A DNA stretch of 64,000 nucleotides, from contig OZ244958.1 in NCBI GenBank assembly GCA_965222575.1, forward strand, positions 1,151,847 through 1,215,846. The letters are read 5' to 3'. Below are positions 42,699 to 51,736 of this stretch, piece after piece. Source of the stretch: Alphaproteobacteria bacterium (GTDB lineage Bacteria; Pseudomonadota; Alphaproteobacteria; G965222575). Position 1 is the stretch's first letter. Each line of letters starts with the position of its first letter. The notes under the pieces are model-generated. The model was not told the DNA's origin. It saw nothing but the letters and a program-made list of their open reading frames with translations, and searched no databases. The position numbers and the translations under genes are program-made.

Positions 42699-42842
42699 CC
42701 CTTTTTTTCAGTGGTTTTCCCAATTTCGCTAGAATCTATTCCTCAGTATATAGCAAAGAAAGGAAAAAGCAACACAAAAAATTAAGAAACCTCTTTAATT
42801 TTTATAGGTTCTTAAGCTTTCTGTAGAAGAGAGGGTTAAAGA

Positions 42843-43982
42843 TTACCTCATATTGCCGATAATTGTCTCTTTTGAGCGCATAGTTTTGCTTAAGACATTA
42901 CTGGTCATATCGAAGGCTTGGTTTCTGTAGTTGGTGAGTTTTTGGAGTGAGATCATTTCCAGTTGTGAATCATTATTCATGCCGTCGCTGATACCTTTGA
43001 GGCTTTGGATAGTGGAGTCGAATTTTGCCTGAGTGATTTCAGTCCCTGCGGCTGGGACATCGTGTCCTTGTGCTGATAGGTATTGTCGGACGTGTTCTGG
43101 CATGAGGGCTTTTTCGTCCGCATCGCCGTCGGGTCTAGCGGCGCGCATATCAGACATATACTGGTTAATTTTCGCTAGTTCCAAGTTTCGTTTTTTCATA
43201 GACTGAACAACGGAGTGGATTTTCAAGTCTAAGAGTTTGACTCGATCCAGTTGGGTTCTCATGAGGAATTCCGTGACGTCTTCGCTACTGATTCCGGTAT
43301 GAGGGATACCTTGTGATAGGGTGTGTTCCAGAGCGGCGTTTTGGAGTTTTCCTAGGGCTTCGATTCCCGTACCAACATCTTTGACATAAATGCCTCTAGC
43401 CTCTAAGTCTGATTTGTAGGCTACGACGGCGCGTTCGACAGCAAGGGTGCTCTCTTGCTTGAGTAGGGCTGGCAAGTTTTCTTTTTGTGTTAAGAGTGCC
43501 TCTTCTTTAGCTTTAGCAGCGAGGAAGACTTTTTCTTCGGGAGCAGACATTTTGACTCGTTGTTGGAGTAATCCAAGGAATGTAACGGCCCATTTATTAC
43601 CGGCGGTTTTTTCTGCTGCTCTCATGGTTGTTAGCCTAGAGTCTTTCTCCTTTGCGCTTATGGTATCGTCAAAGAGGAATTCAATTTTGCCTCTGAGACC
43701 TGTGAAGGTTACTTGGGATTCTTTTAAGGTCCAGAAGTTAGAGCTTTCCAATTTTGTCAGGACCAATCCTTTAGAATTGGATCTCGCGAGTGAAGATGTT
43801 AGCACCCTTTTTACTTCGTCTTGGAAAGCTGTCTGTTTTGCTTCTTTATCTTTAGTGGCGGCAGCGAGAGACTCGTCAAGAGTAGTGCGTTTTGCGTTAG
43901 CAGAAGTAGTGGCTTCATCAAGAATTCTCTTTGCTTCGCCTGATAGCGTTGTGGTGCTAGGGAGTTGCGTTATTTCTGGCAT
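42843..43982 (-). CDS. Bsp22/EspA/SseB-like type III secretion filament/tip protein with a long N-terminal extension
   Basis: The C-terminal ~140 aa (Q.DRVKLLD...RNLELAKIN; FDSTIQSLKG..D.MNNDSQLEMISLQKLTNYRNQAFDMTSN...IIGNMR) follow the Bordetella Bsp22 pattern as I recall it. No Sec signal peptide. Confidence 0.72.
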   Translation of the reverse strand: MPEITQLPSTTTLSGEAKRILDEATTSANAKRTTLDESLAAATKDKEAKQTAFQDEVKRVLTSSLARSNSKGLVLTKLESSNFWTLKESQVTFTGLRGKIEFLFDDTISAKEKDSRLTTMRAAEKTAGNKWAVTFLGLLQQRVKMSAPEEKVFLAAKAKEEALLTQKENLPALLKQESTLAVERAVVAYKSDLEARGIYVKDVGTGIEALGKLQNAALEHTLSQGIPHTGISSEDVTEFLMRTQLDRVKLLDLKIHSVVQSMKKRNLELAKINQYMSDMRAARPDGDADEKALMPEHVRQYLSAQGHDVPAAGTEITQAKFDSTIQSLKGISDGMNNDSQLEMISLQKLTNYRNQAFDMTSNVLSKTMRSKETIIGNMR

Positions 43983-43988
43983 AGGATT

Positions 43989-44363
43989 TTAGAGTTTGAT
44001 TTTATTACGAGATTTTTTCTTTTTGTCTTTTTTACTGTCTTGCATAAAAGCCGTGAGGAGTTTGTTATAGGACTTTCTATCGGCCATCAGTTCTTGTCTG
44101 AATTGTTTTCTCTCTGGGTGAGAGAGGAATTGTTTTTGGGAGTCTTCTCCATAGCCTTGTTCTTCAAAGAACTGCTGCATTTCCGCTGTTGAGATTTCTG
44201 TATCTAAAATCATCTTTGCTTGGAGAGAGTGTGTAGCAGCGGAGGTATTAAGAGCGGATTCTATCCATTGAGAGACTTTTTCTTTGCGTTGGTCGTTACT
44301 AAGGTCTTGAAATAAAGGACTTGTCATAGGAGGGAGAAATAATTGAGTTTGAAAATGAGACAA
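43989..44363 (-). CDS. Small helical protein, candidate chaperone of the Bsp22-like protein
   Basis: Ends 6 bp before the Bsp22-like gene; 124 aa, helical, basic tail. Function inferred from position only. Confidence 0.45.
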   Translation of the reverse strand: MSHFQTQLFLPPMTSPLFQDLSNDQRKEKVSQWIESALNTSAATHSLQAKMILDTEISTAEMQQFFEEQGYGEDSQKQFLSHPERKQFRQELMADRKSYNKLLTAFMQDSKKDKKKKSRNKIKL

Positions 44364-44432
44364 TCCTCACTATAAGGAAAAAGGATTAAAAAATCCCTAT
44401 CTTACTCCCCTACAATCTCCCCTGCCAATGCT

Positions 44433-44630
44433 CCCCCTTCAATTCCTACTCTTAACTTCCCTACCCCTATAGAAAACAAAGAGACTCCCTCCCCTGCGCC
44501 CCCTTCAATTCCTACTCTTAACTTCCCTGTCCCCTACAGAAAACAAAGAGACTCCCTCCCCTGCGCCCCCTTCAATTCCTACTCTTAACTTCCCTACCCC
44601 CCTATAGAAAGCAAAGAGACTTTCTCCCCT
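44433..44630. repeat. ~66-bp tandem repeat, 3 copies
   Basis: CCCCCTTCAATTCCTACTCTTAACTTCCCT..CCCCTA.AGAAA.CAAAGAGACT.. starts at 44433, 44499 and 44566. Confidence 0.9.
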
Positions 44631-44942
44631 TACAATGAGTCGGCACGGGCTTATAAGGAAATCCAAGCCTTCCCTGTTCTCAGGAAGGCTACTAGTCGCT
44701 TCTAGCAGAAGATTGTGCTAAGTATAAGAGTTCCCACTTGTAGCGCCGCTTTGTGAAGTGTCGGCTTCCCTTAAAGACAAAAGCTAAGCTTAAAGCTTAA
44801 AGCTTAAATTAAATAGTGAAGGATATCCCTAGCAGTCTTCTCGTAATCACTATCACACTACCCATAGGGCAGAAGCAATATACTTATCTTTAAGTCTAAG
44901 ATGAGACTGACGGTATGTGCTACCCCCCCCTCACCATCTTTT

Positions 44943-46070
44943 CTATTCGAGGAAAGTCGCCGTAAGTGTAAGAAATCCTACTTGCTCGCCGCTTTTTAGA
45001 GAAAGCAGTTCCTCTTTGTTCAAATCCCAAAATATTGGTCCGATTACTTCAATGCTTACAAGTGCGTTTCCCTTCACCTTTACCATCATCGTAGATGCCG
45101 TTACCGGTCCCGGTCCACCAGGGCCGAGTCCGGGATTGGGGCGATTGCGAGTAAAGCCTTTGGTGTTGACTCCACCCCCGGCAGGGGCACGATACATCGT
45201 CCCTGGAACAAGATCAGCCTTCGTCTTACCAGGGTCGAGCCGACCACCCGTCAAGCCAGTTTTTGTGAGTGGGCGGCGGGGGGAGGCATCGTCGGCTGGA
45301 GGGACAGGGACCGTTAGCTCTAGGGCATTAATAGAGTGTTGATCTTGTGCTTTGGGGTTGTCTGCGGTAGGGGGGTGGATGTAATCCGGGTCTAGGGCTA
45401 TGATATGCGACGTTGACTCTCCCGTTCTTAAGCTTGCCCCCTTGGGGGAGGAGATTGACTCATCAAACTGTCTTGTGCCACCCAACCAATCCGTCGTATT
45501 AAGTGTCCCCTTCCCGGGGATCATGCTACTACTTGCAAAAGACACATTTAAAGCTGCTAAGTCTACTACGTCAAAGTCTAACCCTCGGTCATGCAGCTCC
45601 CAAGTGTCGCTTCCGCTTCTAGCCCTGCCTGTTCTTTGGTTGAGCAGCGTATGAGCAATAGCGTGTTGTGTTCTTATTCTCCATGCAGGAAAAGTCAACG
45701 AGCCACTGTCAAGGGTTATAAAAGCAGCAGCATCCTCATATGCATCAGGAGTACCTGCCACAAAAGTTCTTACTCCTGCGATAGGGTTGAGGTTAGAGTC
45801 TTTTTCTAGTATTATCCGTATTGTATTATGGGTAGAATGAGTAGCAAAATGAGCATTCAATGCCGCTTCATCAATGTCGATATCTCCAAAATTCAACTCT
45901 TCTAAGACATAAACATCGAATCCCCACGTTGAGTAGGACAAAAATCCAACAGGAATCTGAGCAAATGTACTAAGGGCTTCAGAATCCTTTTGATAAAGAC
46001 TTCCGACTACTAAAAGCCCTAAGACCACAAGGGCAGAAGCAACATACTCTTTACATTTATCTTTCAACAT
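44943..46070 (-). CDS. Pilin-like protein with a large Pro/Gly-rich insertion, candidate adhesin
   Basis: Signal peptide, EELNFGDI, C-terminal VGFLTLTATFLE. Confidence 0.6.
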   Translation of the reverse strand: MLKDKCKEYVASALVVLGLLVVGSLYQKDSEALSTFAQIPVGFLSYSTWGFDVYVLEELNFGDIDIDEAALNAHFATHSTHNTIRIILEKDSNLNPIAGVRTFVAGTPDAYEDAAAFITLDSGSLTFPAWRIRTQHAIAHTLLNQRTGRARSGSDTWELHDRGLDFDVVDLAALNVSFASSSMIPGKGTLNTTDWLGGTRQFDESISSPKGASLRTGESTSHIIALDPDYIHPPTADNPKAQDQHSINALELTVPVPPADDASPRRPLTKTGLTGGRLDPGKTKADLVPGTMYRAPAGGGVNTKGFTRNRPNPGLGPGGPGPVTASTMMVKVKGNALVSIEVIGPIFWDLNKEELLSLKSGEQVGFLTLTATFLE

Positions 46071-46092
46071 TTTACCTCAGCCTTTTTTAGTC

Positions 46093-46788
46093 TTACGGAA
46101 ATACTGTTACTCTTAGAACCCCTAATACTACGAGGTTGAGCCCATCTTCGTTTAGATTATGGTATTGAGTGGAAAGAGTCTCAGCATCACCTGGAGTGAA
46201 AATCAAGTCTCCTCCAAAAACAAGCTCAACGGCCCCGCGGCTATCAAGCTTCACATCTCCTTCTAAGTACACAAAGGGGTCACCAGGAGCCTGTAGTACC
46301 CTGTAGCTGGAGACATCAGCAGTGGGATCGTCCTCAAATGATGGGCGAGAAATAGGAGGATAATAATGGGAATCTTTCCGAACCACATGCGTTAAGCGTG
46401 TCATAGAAAATTTAAAGGGTGCGTTGCCACCGAAATTGCTATTGTATCTAAGCTGGAAACGCACCTTAGTATAGGGAGTTCCATGTATAATAAAGTTCCC
46501 CGGGTGAGCATTATTAACGGTAACACTAGGATCGGAATACTCTATTTGAGAAGAAGGATGAAGTTTTATTGTAAAGCTGGTTTGTGGTGCAGTGTGCAAG
46601 ATGTTTCCAAAGCTTAAGGAATCACCAGCGACTACCCCTAAGGGTACATTAAATCCTTTAAACCCTAACTCCATGATGGCCTCTTGGGAAGCGAAAATTC
46701 CTTTTCCAATTCCCATCATCACTAAGAAAGCAAGTAAAACCCTAAAACCCGTCTTTTTTTTCATGATATTTAGCATCGTTATTTTCAT
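46093..46788 (-). CDS. DUF4402-like pilin subunit
   Basis: Signal peptide; SLSFGNI, PGNFIIHGTP, LVFGGDL, LGVLRVTVFP. Confidence 0.72.
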   Translation of the reverse strand: MKITMLNIMKKKTGFRVLLAFLVMMGIGKGIFASQEAIMELGFKGFNVPLGVVAGDSLSFGNILHTAPQTSFTIKLHPSSQIEYSDPSVTVNNAHPGNFIIHGTPYTKVRFQLRYNSNFGGNAPFKFSMTRLTHVVRKDSHYYPPISRPSFEDDPTADVSSYRVLQAPGDPFVYLEGDVKLDSRGAVELVFGGDLIFTPGDAETLSTQYHNLNEDGLNLVVLGVLRVTVFP

Positions 46789-47588
46789 GGTAGAGCCACC
46801 GTTACCCCCATTGTAGAAATTGTAGTAAGAGTGTTAGGACGAGTAGCACTTGACGCAAAGGTTATTTTCCCACCAATAGCAAGGTTGACCCCAGTCACCG
46901 CAGAAAGCTCTAAATAAACTTTCCTAGCGGTAGTATCCCCAGCAATAGCCTCAACGAACAGGTCAGTATTTGGCGCCATCGGCGTCGGCGTCATGGCATT
47001 CATTGTGTATAGAGAGGAGGCGTCAGTACTACGATGGCTTATGAATTTTCCACCGCTATCACTGGGATTCAACGCTTTGGTCCAAGTCGTCGTCGAACCC
47101 TGTGTCGTACTCTTCACGAAGGATATCTCTCCAAAGGCAAAAGATGCTACGCTAGAAGCAACAGGAGTAACAGTCAATGATACCATTACCCTTTGAGCCA
47201 CAGTCCCCTTCAAATTAAACCTTGCCGGAGCAACATTCGAGTTTAATGCACTTACTGTAAACCCCGAAGGAGCCAAATCTCCAATGGAATCTATCGTTAC
47301 GAAGCTGTTATCACCCGCCCCCAGCACATCCGTGCCACCTGATTTCGGTCTCAAGACAAGACCTTTAATTTCTAAATCATTTAGCAGCTCTACAACCAGT
47401 ACCTTATTCTCACGTACCTTTCCTATCGTGAGTCGAGTGGTGTAGGTATCGCTTGATAAGAAGAATTGATTGAAAGCAAAAGCAATAGGAGAAAGCTTCA
47501 TTACCCCTAGCATGACCACAACAGACAAAACAGAAGAAACAATCGCTCTCATTCTCACCATTACCCTCATTTTTCTCATTTTTCTCAT
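46785..47588 (-). CDS. DUF4402-like pilin subunit
   Basis: Signal peptide; PARFNLKG, LAIGGKITF, MGVTVALP. Confidence 0.65.
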   Translation of the reverse strand: MRKMRKMRVMVRMRAIVSSVLSVVVMLGVMKLSPIAFAFNQFFLSSDTYTTRLTIGKVRENKVLVVELLNDLEIKGLVLRPKSGGTDVLGAGDNSFVTIDSIGDLAPSGFTVSALNSNVAPARFNLKGTVAQRVMVSLTVTPVASSVASFAFGEISFVKSTTQGSTTTWTKALNPSDSGGKFISHRSTDASSLYTMNAMTPTPMAPNTDLFVEAIAGDTTARKVYLELSAVTGVNLAIGGKITFASSATRPNTLTTISTMGVTVALP

Positions 47589-47631
47589 TTTTTAATTGTT
47601 AACCATGATTCTTAAACTTCTCCTAAGGCTT

Positions 47632-48336
47632 TTAGGGAAAGCTCGCAGTAAGCATTACAGTAGCTATTGTTGTCGACGTCTTAGGATAGGTCGCACCAGC
47701 CGTCAAGCTAAAGACACCACCAAAATAAACATTCGCAGTCTCTGTCGAGGCAGCGAGTTCAATAAAGGCTGTGTTGTTGGTGGTATTATCGACAAGAGCA
47801 TTCGACTTAACTGAGATATCGAGTATAGACTTTTGATTTTGAGTTTTAGCTTCATCCCGAAAGTTCGACGCACTAGCATCAGCCAGCCTTAGTTGTTTCA
47901 CCGCAAAGGTGATACCATCATTCGAATCTGTATCGGCTACTGTAAAAGTCAGTTGAATTAGCGTGTCTGGTTGTCCCTCAACTTTAAATGAACCGACTGT
48001 GAGATCGCTCGCTTCTAATGGATCACCTACTTCTGTACTATGAACAGATGTAGTTGCCGCATTAACAGCACCAAGCGTTGCGGTTCCGGTAGAAGTAATA
48101 CCAACAGTTACTTCTGTGGCGGTATTTATCGCTAGCATTGCAAAGTCTCCTACTTCAATATCCGCAATCTTCTCTACATACAGCGGTTTCCATATAGGTC
48201 CTACACTTATATCAGCACTCGCATCTGTGGCAGCATTCAGGCGCCCACCCCACCAATGGGCACTTCCTAATATGCCTACCATTATTACAACTGCAAACAA
48301 GACAGATAAAGATTTTTGTATCATTTCTCTTCTCAT
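47632..48336 (-). CDS. DUF4402-like pilin subunit
   Basis: Signal peptide; VGPIWKPLYV, IEVGDF, GSFKVEGQP, VYFGGVFSL, IATVMLTASFP. Confidence 0.72.
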   Translation of the reverse strand: MRREMIQKSLSVLFAVVIMVGILGSAHWWGGRLNAATDASADISVGPIWKPLYVEKIADIEVGDFAMLAINTATEVTVGITSTGTATLGAVNAATTSVHSTEVGDPLEASDLTVGSFKVEGQPDTLIQLTFTVADTDSNDGITFAVKQLRLADASASNFRDEAKTQNQKSILDISVKSNALVDNTTNNTAFIELAASTETANVYFGGVFSLTAGATYPKTSTTIATVMLTASFP

Positions 48337-48367
48337 CTTATTATCTTATCTTATTCCTCTCTCACTC

Positions 48368-49069
48368 TTAATCGTCATAGGCGACATTCAACGTTATAGT
48401 TGCAACTGTCAAAAACTCCTTAGGAAAGGCCGCATGGCTAGCCGCCGTTATGGTAAAGACACCACCAAAAGAGACGATCGTAGTCTCATCAGCAGGGAGG
48501 TCAAGCCAGGCGTCAGTAGTAGCACCACTCGCCACGGCAAAAGCGTTTATATTGTTTGCTCGCGTACCCGTATTCGACCCAGGACGTAAAGCCCCATGGG
48601 CAGTGGAAGAGGAATTGACAAGAGAGGCAGTACCTTCAAGGTCTAGCCCGAGTATTGCAAAAGAGACTCCATCATTACCGCTGCTGTCGACTATAGAAAA
48701 AGACAGCTTTACTGGCCTGTTTGGCTCTCCCCCAATTGTAAAACTACCGGCTGTCACCGCCGCATCTCCTAGTACAACACCAGTCCCAACAGCATCCGCC
48801 GAAATACTTGTGACAGTACCAAGAATTCCACCGTAAGTAACTGTTACTAATGAGTTGGTAGACTTTGAGGCTATTGCAAACTCTCCTACAGTAATATTAA
48901 CACCCGTATCTACAGTAAGCGGCACCCATATAGGTCCTATCTTCGCATCCGCAGTCGCCGGCGCAGCAGCATGATTGGTTTGATGACTCATCACAATAAC
49001 AGCCATTACCCCTGCCGCAATAAAAAATACACTATTCTGAAAAATCTTCTCTGTTACGTTTCTCATCAC
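48368..49069 (-). CDS. DUF4402-like pilin subunit
   Basis: Signal peptide; KIGPIWVPLTV, ITVGEF, AGSFTIGGEP, VSFGGVFTI, ITLNVAYDD. Confidence 0.75.
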   Translation of the reverse strand: MMRNVTEKIFQNSVFFIAAGVMAVIVMSHQTNHAAAPATADAKIGPIWVPLTVDTGVNITVGEFAIASKSTNSLVTVTYGGILGTVTSISADAVGTGVVLGDAAVTAGSFTIGGEPNRPVKLSFSIVDSSGNDGVSFAILGLDLEGTASLVNSSSTAHGALRPGSNTGTRANNINAFAVASGATTDAWLDLPADETTIVSFGGVFTITAASHAAFPKEFLTVATITLNVAYDD

Positions 49070-49201
49070 TATTACTCCTTAAACATTATTTATTTTGTTT
49101 TCTTAAAATTTCGCCCTTGCGGTTATCTTCTAAATTATGAAAAAAATTCTTCCTCAAGTCAATACTTTTTTATTCATTTTTTTTCTCCACCTCTCGTAAT
49201 C

Positions 49202-50053
49202 CTAACTAGTACCATACGTAATGGTGAAAACAATCTTCCCAAGTGCAAAACGCCAATTCGCTCCCTCCAACTTGCTCTTCTCTATATGAGGCTCTAAATA
49301 ATCGTTAGTGAATTCAATGTCTAGCCCAAACTTAATGACAGCCCTCTCACTGGTAGCGCTAGGTCTAATGACAATGGCATCACTGTCGACTATCCTTCCT
49401 CCGTCAGAGAAAGACATTGTCGCCTCTTTCACATCACTACCATTGACCACGAACTCCCCTTCAACAGCATGCAAGGACAAGGAGTGAAGGGTAACGGGGA
49501 GGGTTACAGATGCAGAAGACTGTTTAATCTTCGGGCTTCTGAGAAACTGCGCATTGAGGTTCACTGGACGGGCGGCATCCGTAAATAAGGTCATGGTTGG
49601 CCTACTAGTAGAAGAGTGGGCGTTTGAGCCGCTTACAATCTGTGGCACGTGAGTGGTGCTTGTAGTGAGATCATCACCATCATGATCTATGAGATTAGAG
49701 TCCATCTTACCCGTCTCCGCATCAATCGTAATTCTTAACGCTTCTGCCGGATTCCATATAGTAAAGTCTCCAAGAGAAAAGTTTCCCTTAATATCCCAAA
49801 GCAATACTTCTGCCACATCAATAGACTCGTCTAGTATCCCAAAAGTGACTTTTCCTACGGTCATAGCCATATTTCCAGATAGCTTATTCACATCCGCACT
49901 AGGAATCTCCATCTTGCGTTCCATGTATTGGCGTAACGCGTAAGAACGATTAGAAGAGAGAAACACACTCCCTAAGACAACAATACCCGTTACTAAAACA
50001 GAAAGTACAATGGAAGAATATCTTTTCATTTTCATTTTCATTTTCATTTTCAT
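49202..50053 (-). CDS. Pilin-like secreted protein (divergent paralogue)
   Basis: (MK)5 start plus signal peptide; FSLGDF, IKFGLDI, LGKIVFTITY. Confidence 0.6.
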   Translation of the reverse strand: MKMKMKMKMKRYSSIVLSVLVTGIVVLGSVFLSSNRSYALRQYMERKMEIPSADVNKLSGNMAMTVGKVTFGILDESIDVAEVLLWDIKGNFSLGDFTIWNPAEALRITIDAETGKMDSNLIDHDGDDLTTSTTHVPQIVSGSNAHSSTSRPTMTLFTDAARPVNLNAQFLRSPKIKQSSASVTLPVTLHSLSLHAVEGEFVVNGSDVKEATMSFSDGGRIVDSDAIVIRPSATSERAVIKFGLDIEFTNDYLEPHIEKSKLEGANWRFALGKIVFTITYGTS

Positions 50054-50083
50054 CTAGTTTTTTTTGTTAGAGAATTTTCTTGT

Positions 50084-50896
50084 CTACCTCTTAAGGATAC
50101 CCGGGTCGGGCAGGGGCGGGTCGTAATGCGGGCTATCAGGATCATCTACCCCAGTAAGGAAGCCCGTGTACAGAACATCTATCAAGAGATAACCAACCAC
50201 TTCATTATGCTTCATCCCATTGATATAGCCTTTCGCAAACTTCGAGCCATCTATCATCAATTTTCCGCCAAATGTCAACGTTTGGGGGGTACGGCCATCA
50301 GTCTCTGTCCTCATTTTCATGTAATGCGGCTTCTCACCTAAGTTGTCTATGTCCTGTTCGCTTAAAACCTCATTAACATCAGTTACTATACCGCGCTTGT
50401 ATTTTTGGTACCCAATTGTAACTTCAGATAAGGTGAAGATGTCGGAATAGGGCAGAAATCTCACGGCTACCGAAAAGTAATTATGATCAATGTTGCCTAG
50501 CCCTAAGCCCGTTAGTGTTATTTCACCAGCACTCCACTCGTCATCTGTCTCCACCGCTCCATCATAGGTAATAGTAGCATCACCACTTCCGTCCTCGAGA
50601 AGGACTATGGTGACAGAATGGTTGAAATAGGTGAACTCTTCCGAAGGCAGGGAAAGGGTGACCTCTGCATTAATCTTTGTATCAATGTTGTAATCACCGC
50701 TACCGAGAACCTCATTCAACTCAAACCCCCCAAAATTCAGCGGTTTCAAAATCGCCACCTCTATATACGGTTGTGGGTTTATGGTGATAGGCGCATAGGC
50801 TACCGCACCGATTACATATCCTTGATACAATAGCCCCCCTGTAAGGACAATTCCTACAACACAGGAAGACAAAAAGCAGTTTTTTAAGTATGTCAT
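50084..50896 (-). CDS. DUF4402-like pilin subunit
   Basis: Signal peptide; PLNFGGF, AGEITLTG, LTFGGKL, VGYLLIDVLY followed by a Pro/Asp tail. Confidence 0.68.
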   Translation of the reverse strand: MTYLKNCFLSSCVVGIVLTGGLLYQGYVIGAVAYAPITINPQPYIEVAILKPLNFGGFELNEVLGSGDYNIDTKINAEVTLSLPSEEFTYFNHSVTIVLLEDGSGDATITYDGAVETDDEWSAGEITLTGLGLGNIDHNYFSVAVRFLPYSDIFTLSEVTIGYQKYKRGIVTDVNEVLSEQDIDNLGEKPHYMKMRTETDGRTPQTLTFGGKLMIDGSKFAKGYINGMKHNEVVGYLLIDVLYTGFLTGVDDPDSPHYDPPLPDPGILKR

Positions 50897-51724
50897 TTAA
50901 CGCACCACTGTAAGTTTGAGATAACCAAGTGTTATTTTACCCCTCTTAGGTATTAGGGCCGCCGCATCAGCAAGATAAAGTCTTCCTCCTACCGCAATCT
51001 CCATCTCCGTAGCATCAGCATGAATAGCTACATTAGAGAGGGAAGCCTTTTGAGCTGTATCTGTAAGCGGCAAGGAAGCGTTTTCGTTGGATATAGGCCC
51101 GCTGCTGCTGTCACGAAGCCAATAATGAACATTAAGAAGCTTCAAGCCCGTTTTCTCACCATCCCAGTCAGGAGCAAGAAGAGGATTGTTGTGGACGTCG
51201 AAGACAAGGGGTGCTGCGAGCTCTGTTCCTGCTTTCGCTAAGACACTGTTGGGAACATGCACTATCTCAACTTCAACCTTTGTGAGTGTACTCCCCCCCG
51301 GCAATCCGCCTATCTTAAAGAGTCCATACTCCGCACCATTGATTCTTGAGACAGCAGGATCATTACTCGCGGTTCGAGATTCGTAGTATGATGCAGAAAG
51401 GGCATTGACATTTACCGCGGGCGTGTCACTACTCGTGATAACATCCACCTCAAAGACAAGGGGAGCATTTTTGGTAAAGAAAAGATTTCGCAGAATAAAA
51501 GTCCCAAAACTCAAGCCTTGTTCTGCTGAAAGCGTAATGGCGGAGTTTATATGAACTGTGCCGACAGCTGCTCTCACCGTACTACTTTTATCCTTCGTAT
51601 TCATATAAAAGTAGTTACGCAAGCTCTCTTCGTCGGTACTCCATGAGAACACTAGCTGGGGCAGGGTACACACTAGCCCTACGAAAAGAGAAAGAGAAAT
51701 AAGACGGAGGCTACGCATTTTCAT
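50897..51724 (-). CDS. DUF4402-like pilin subunit
   Basis: Signal peptide; GLSFGTF, YGLFKIGG, IAVGGRL, LGYLKLTVVR. Confidence 0.68.
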   Translation of the reverse strand: MKMRSLRLISLSLFVGLVCTLPQLVFSWSTDEESLRNYFYMNTKDKSSTVRAAVGTVHINSAITLSAEQGLSFGTFILRNLFFTKNAPLVFEVDVITSSDTPAVNVNALSASYYESRTASNDPAVSRINGAEYGLFKIGGLPGGSTLTKVEVEIVHVPNSVLAKAGTELAAPLVFDVHNNPLLAPDWDGEKTGLKLLNVHYWLRDSSSGPISNENASLPLTDTAQKASLSNVAIHADATEMEIAVGGRLYLADAAALIPKRGKITLGYLKLTVVR

Positions 51725-51736
51725 TTGGGTTCTCCC

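Noticed and set aside
42843-43982. Flagellin or pilin identity for the 379-aa protein
   Set aside because: It lacks flagellin terminal motifs, a signal peptide and the beta-strand pilin motifs; the C-terminus fits the Bsp22/EspA pattern better.
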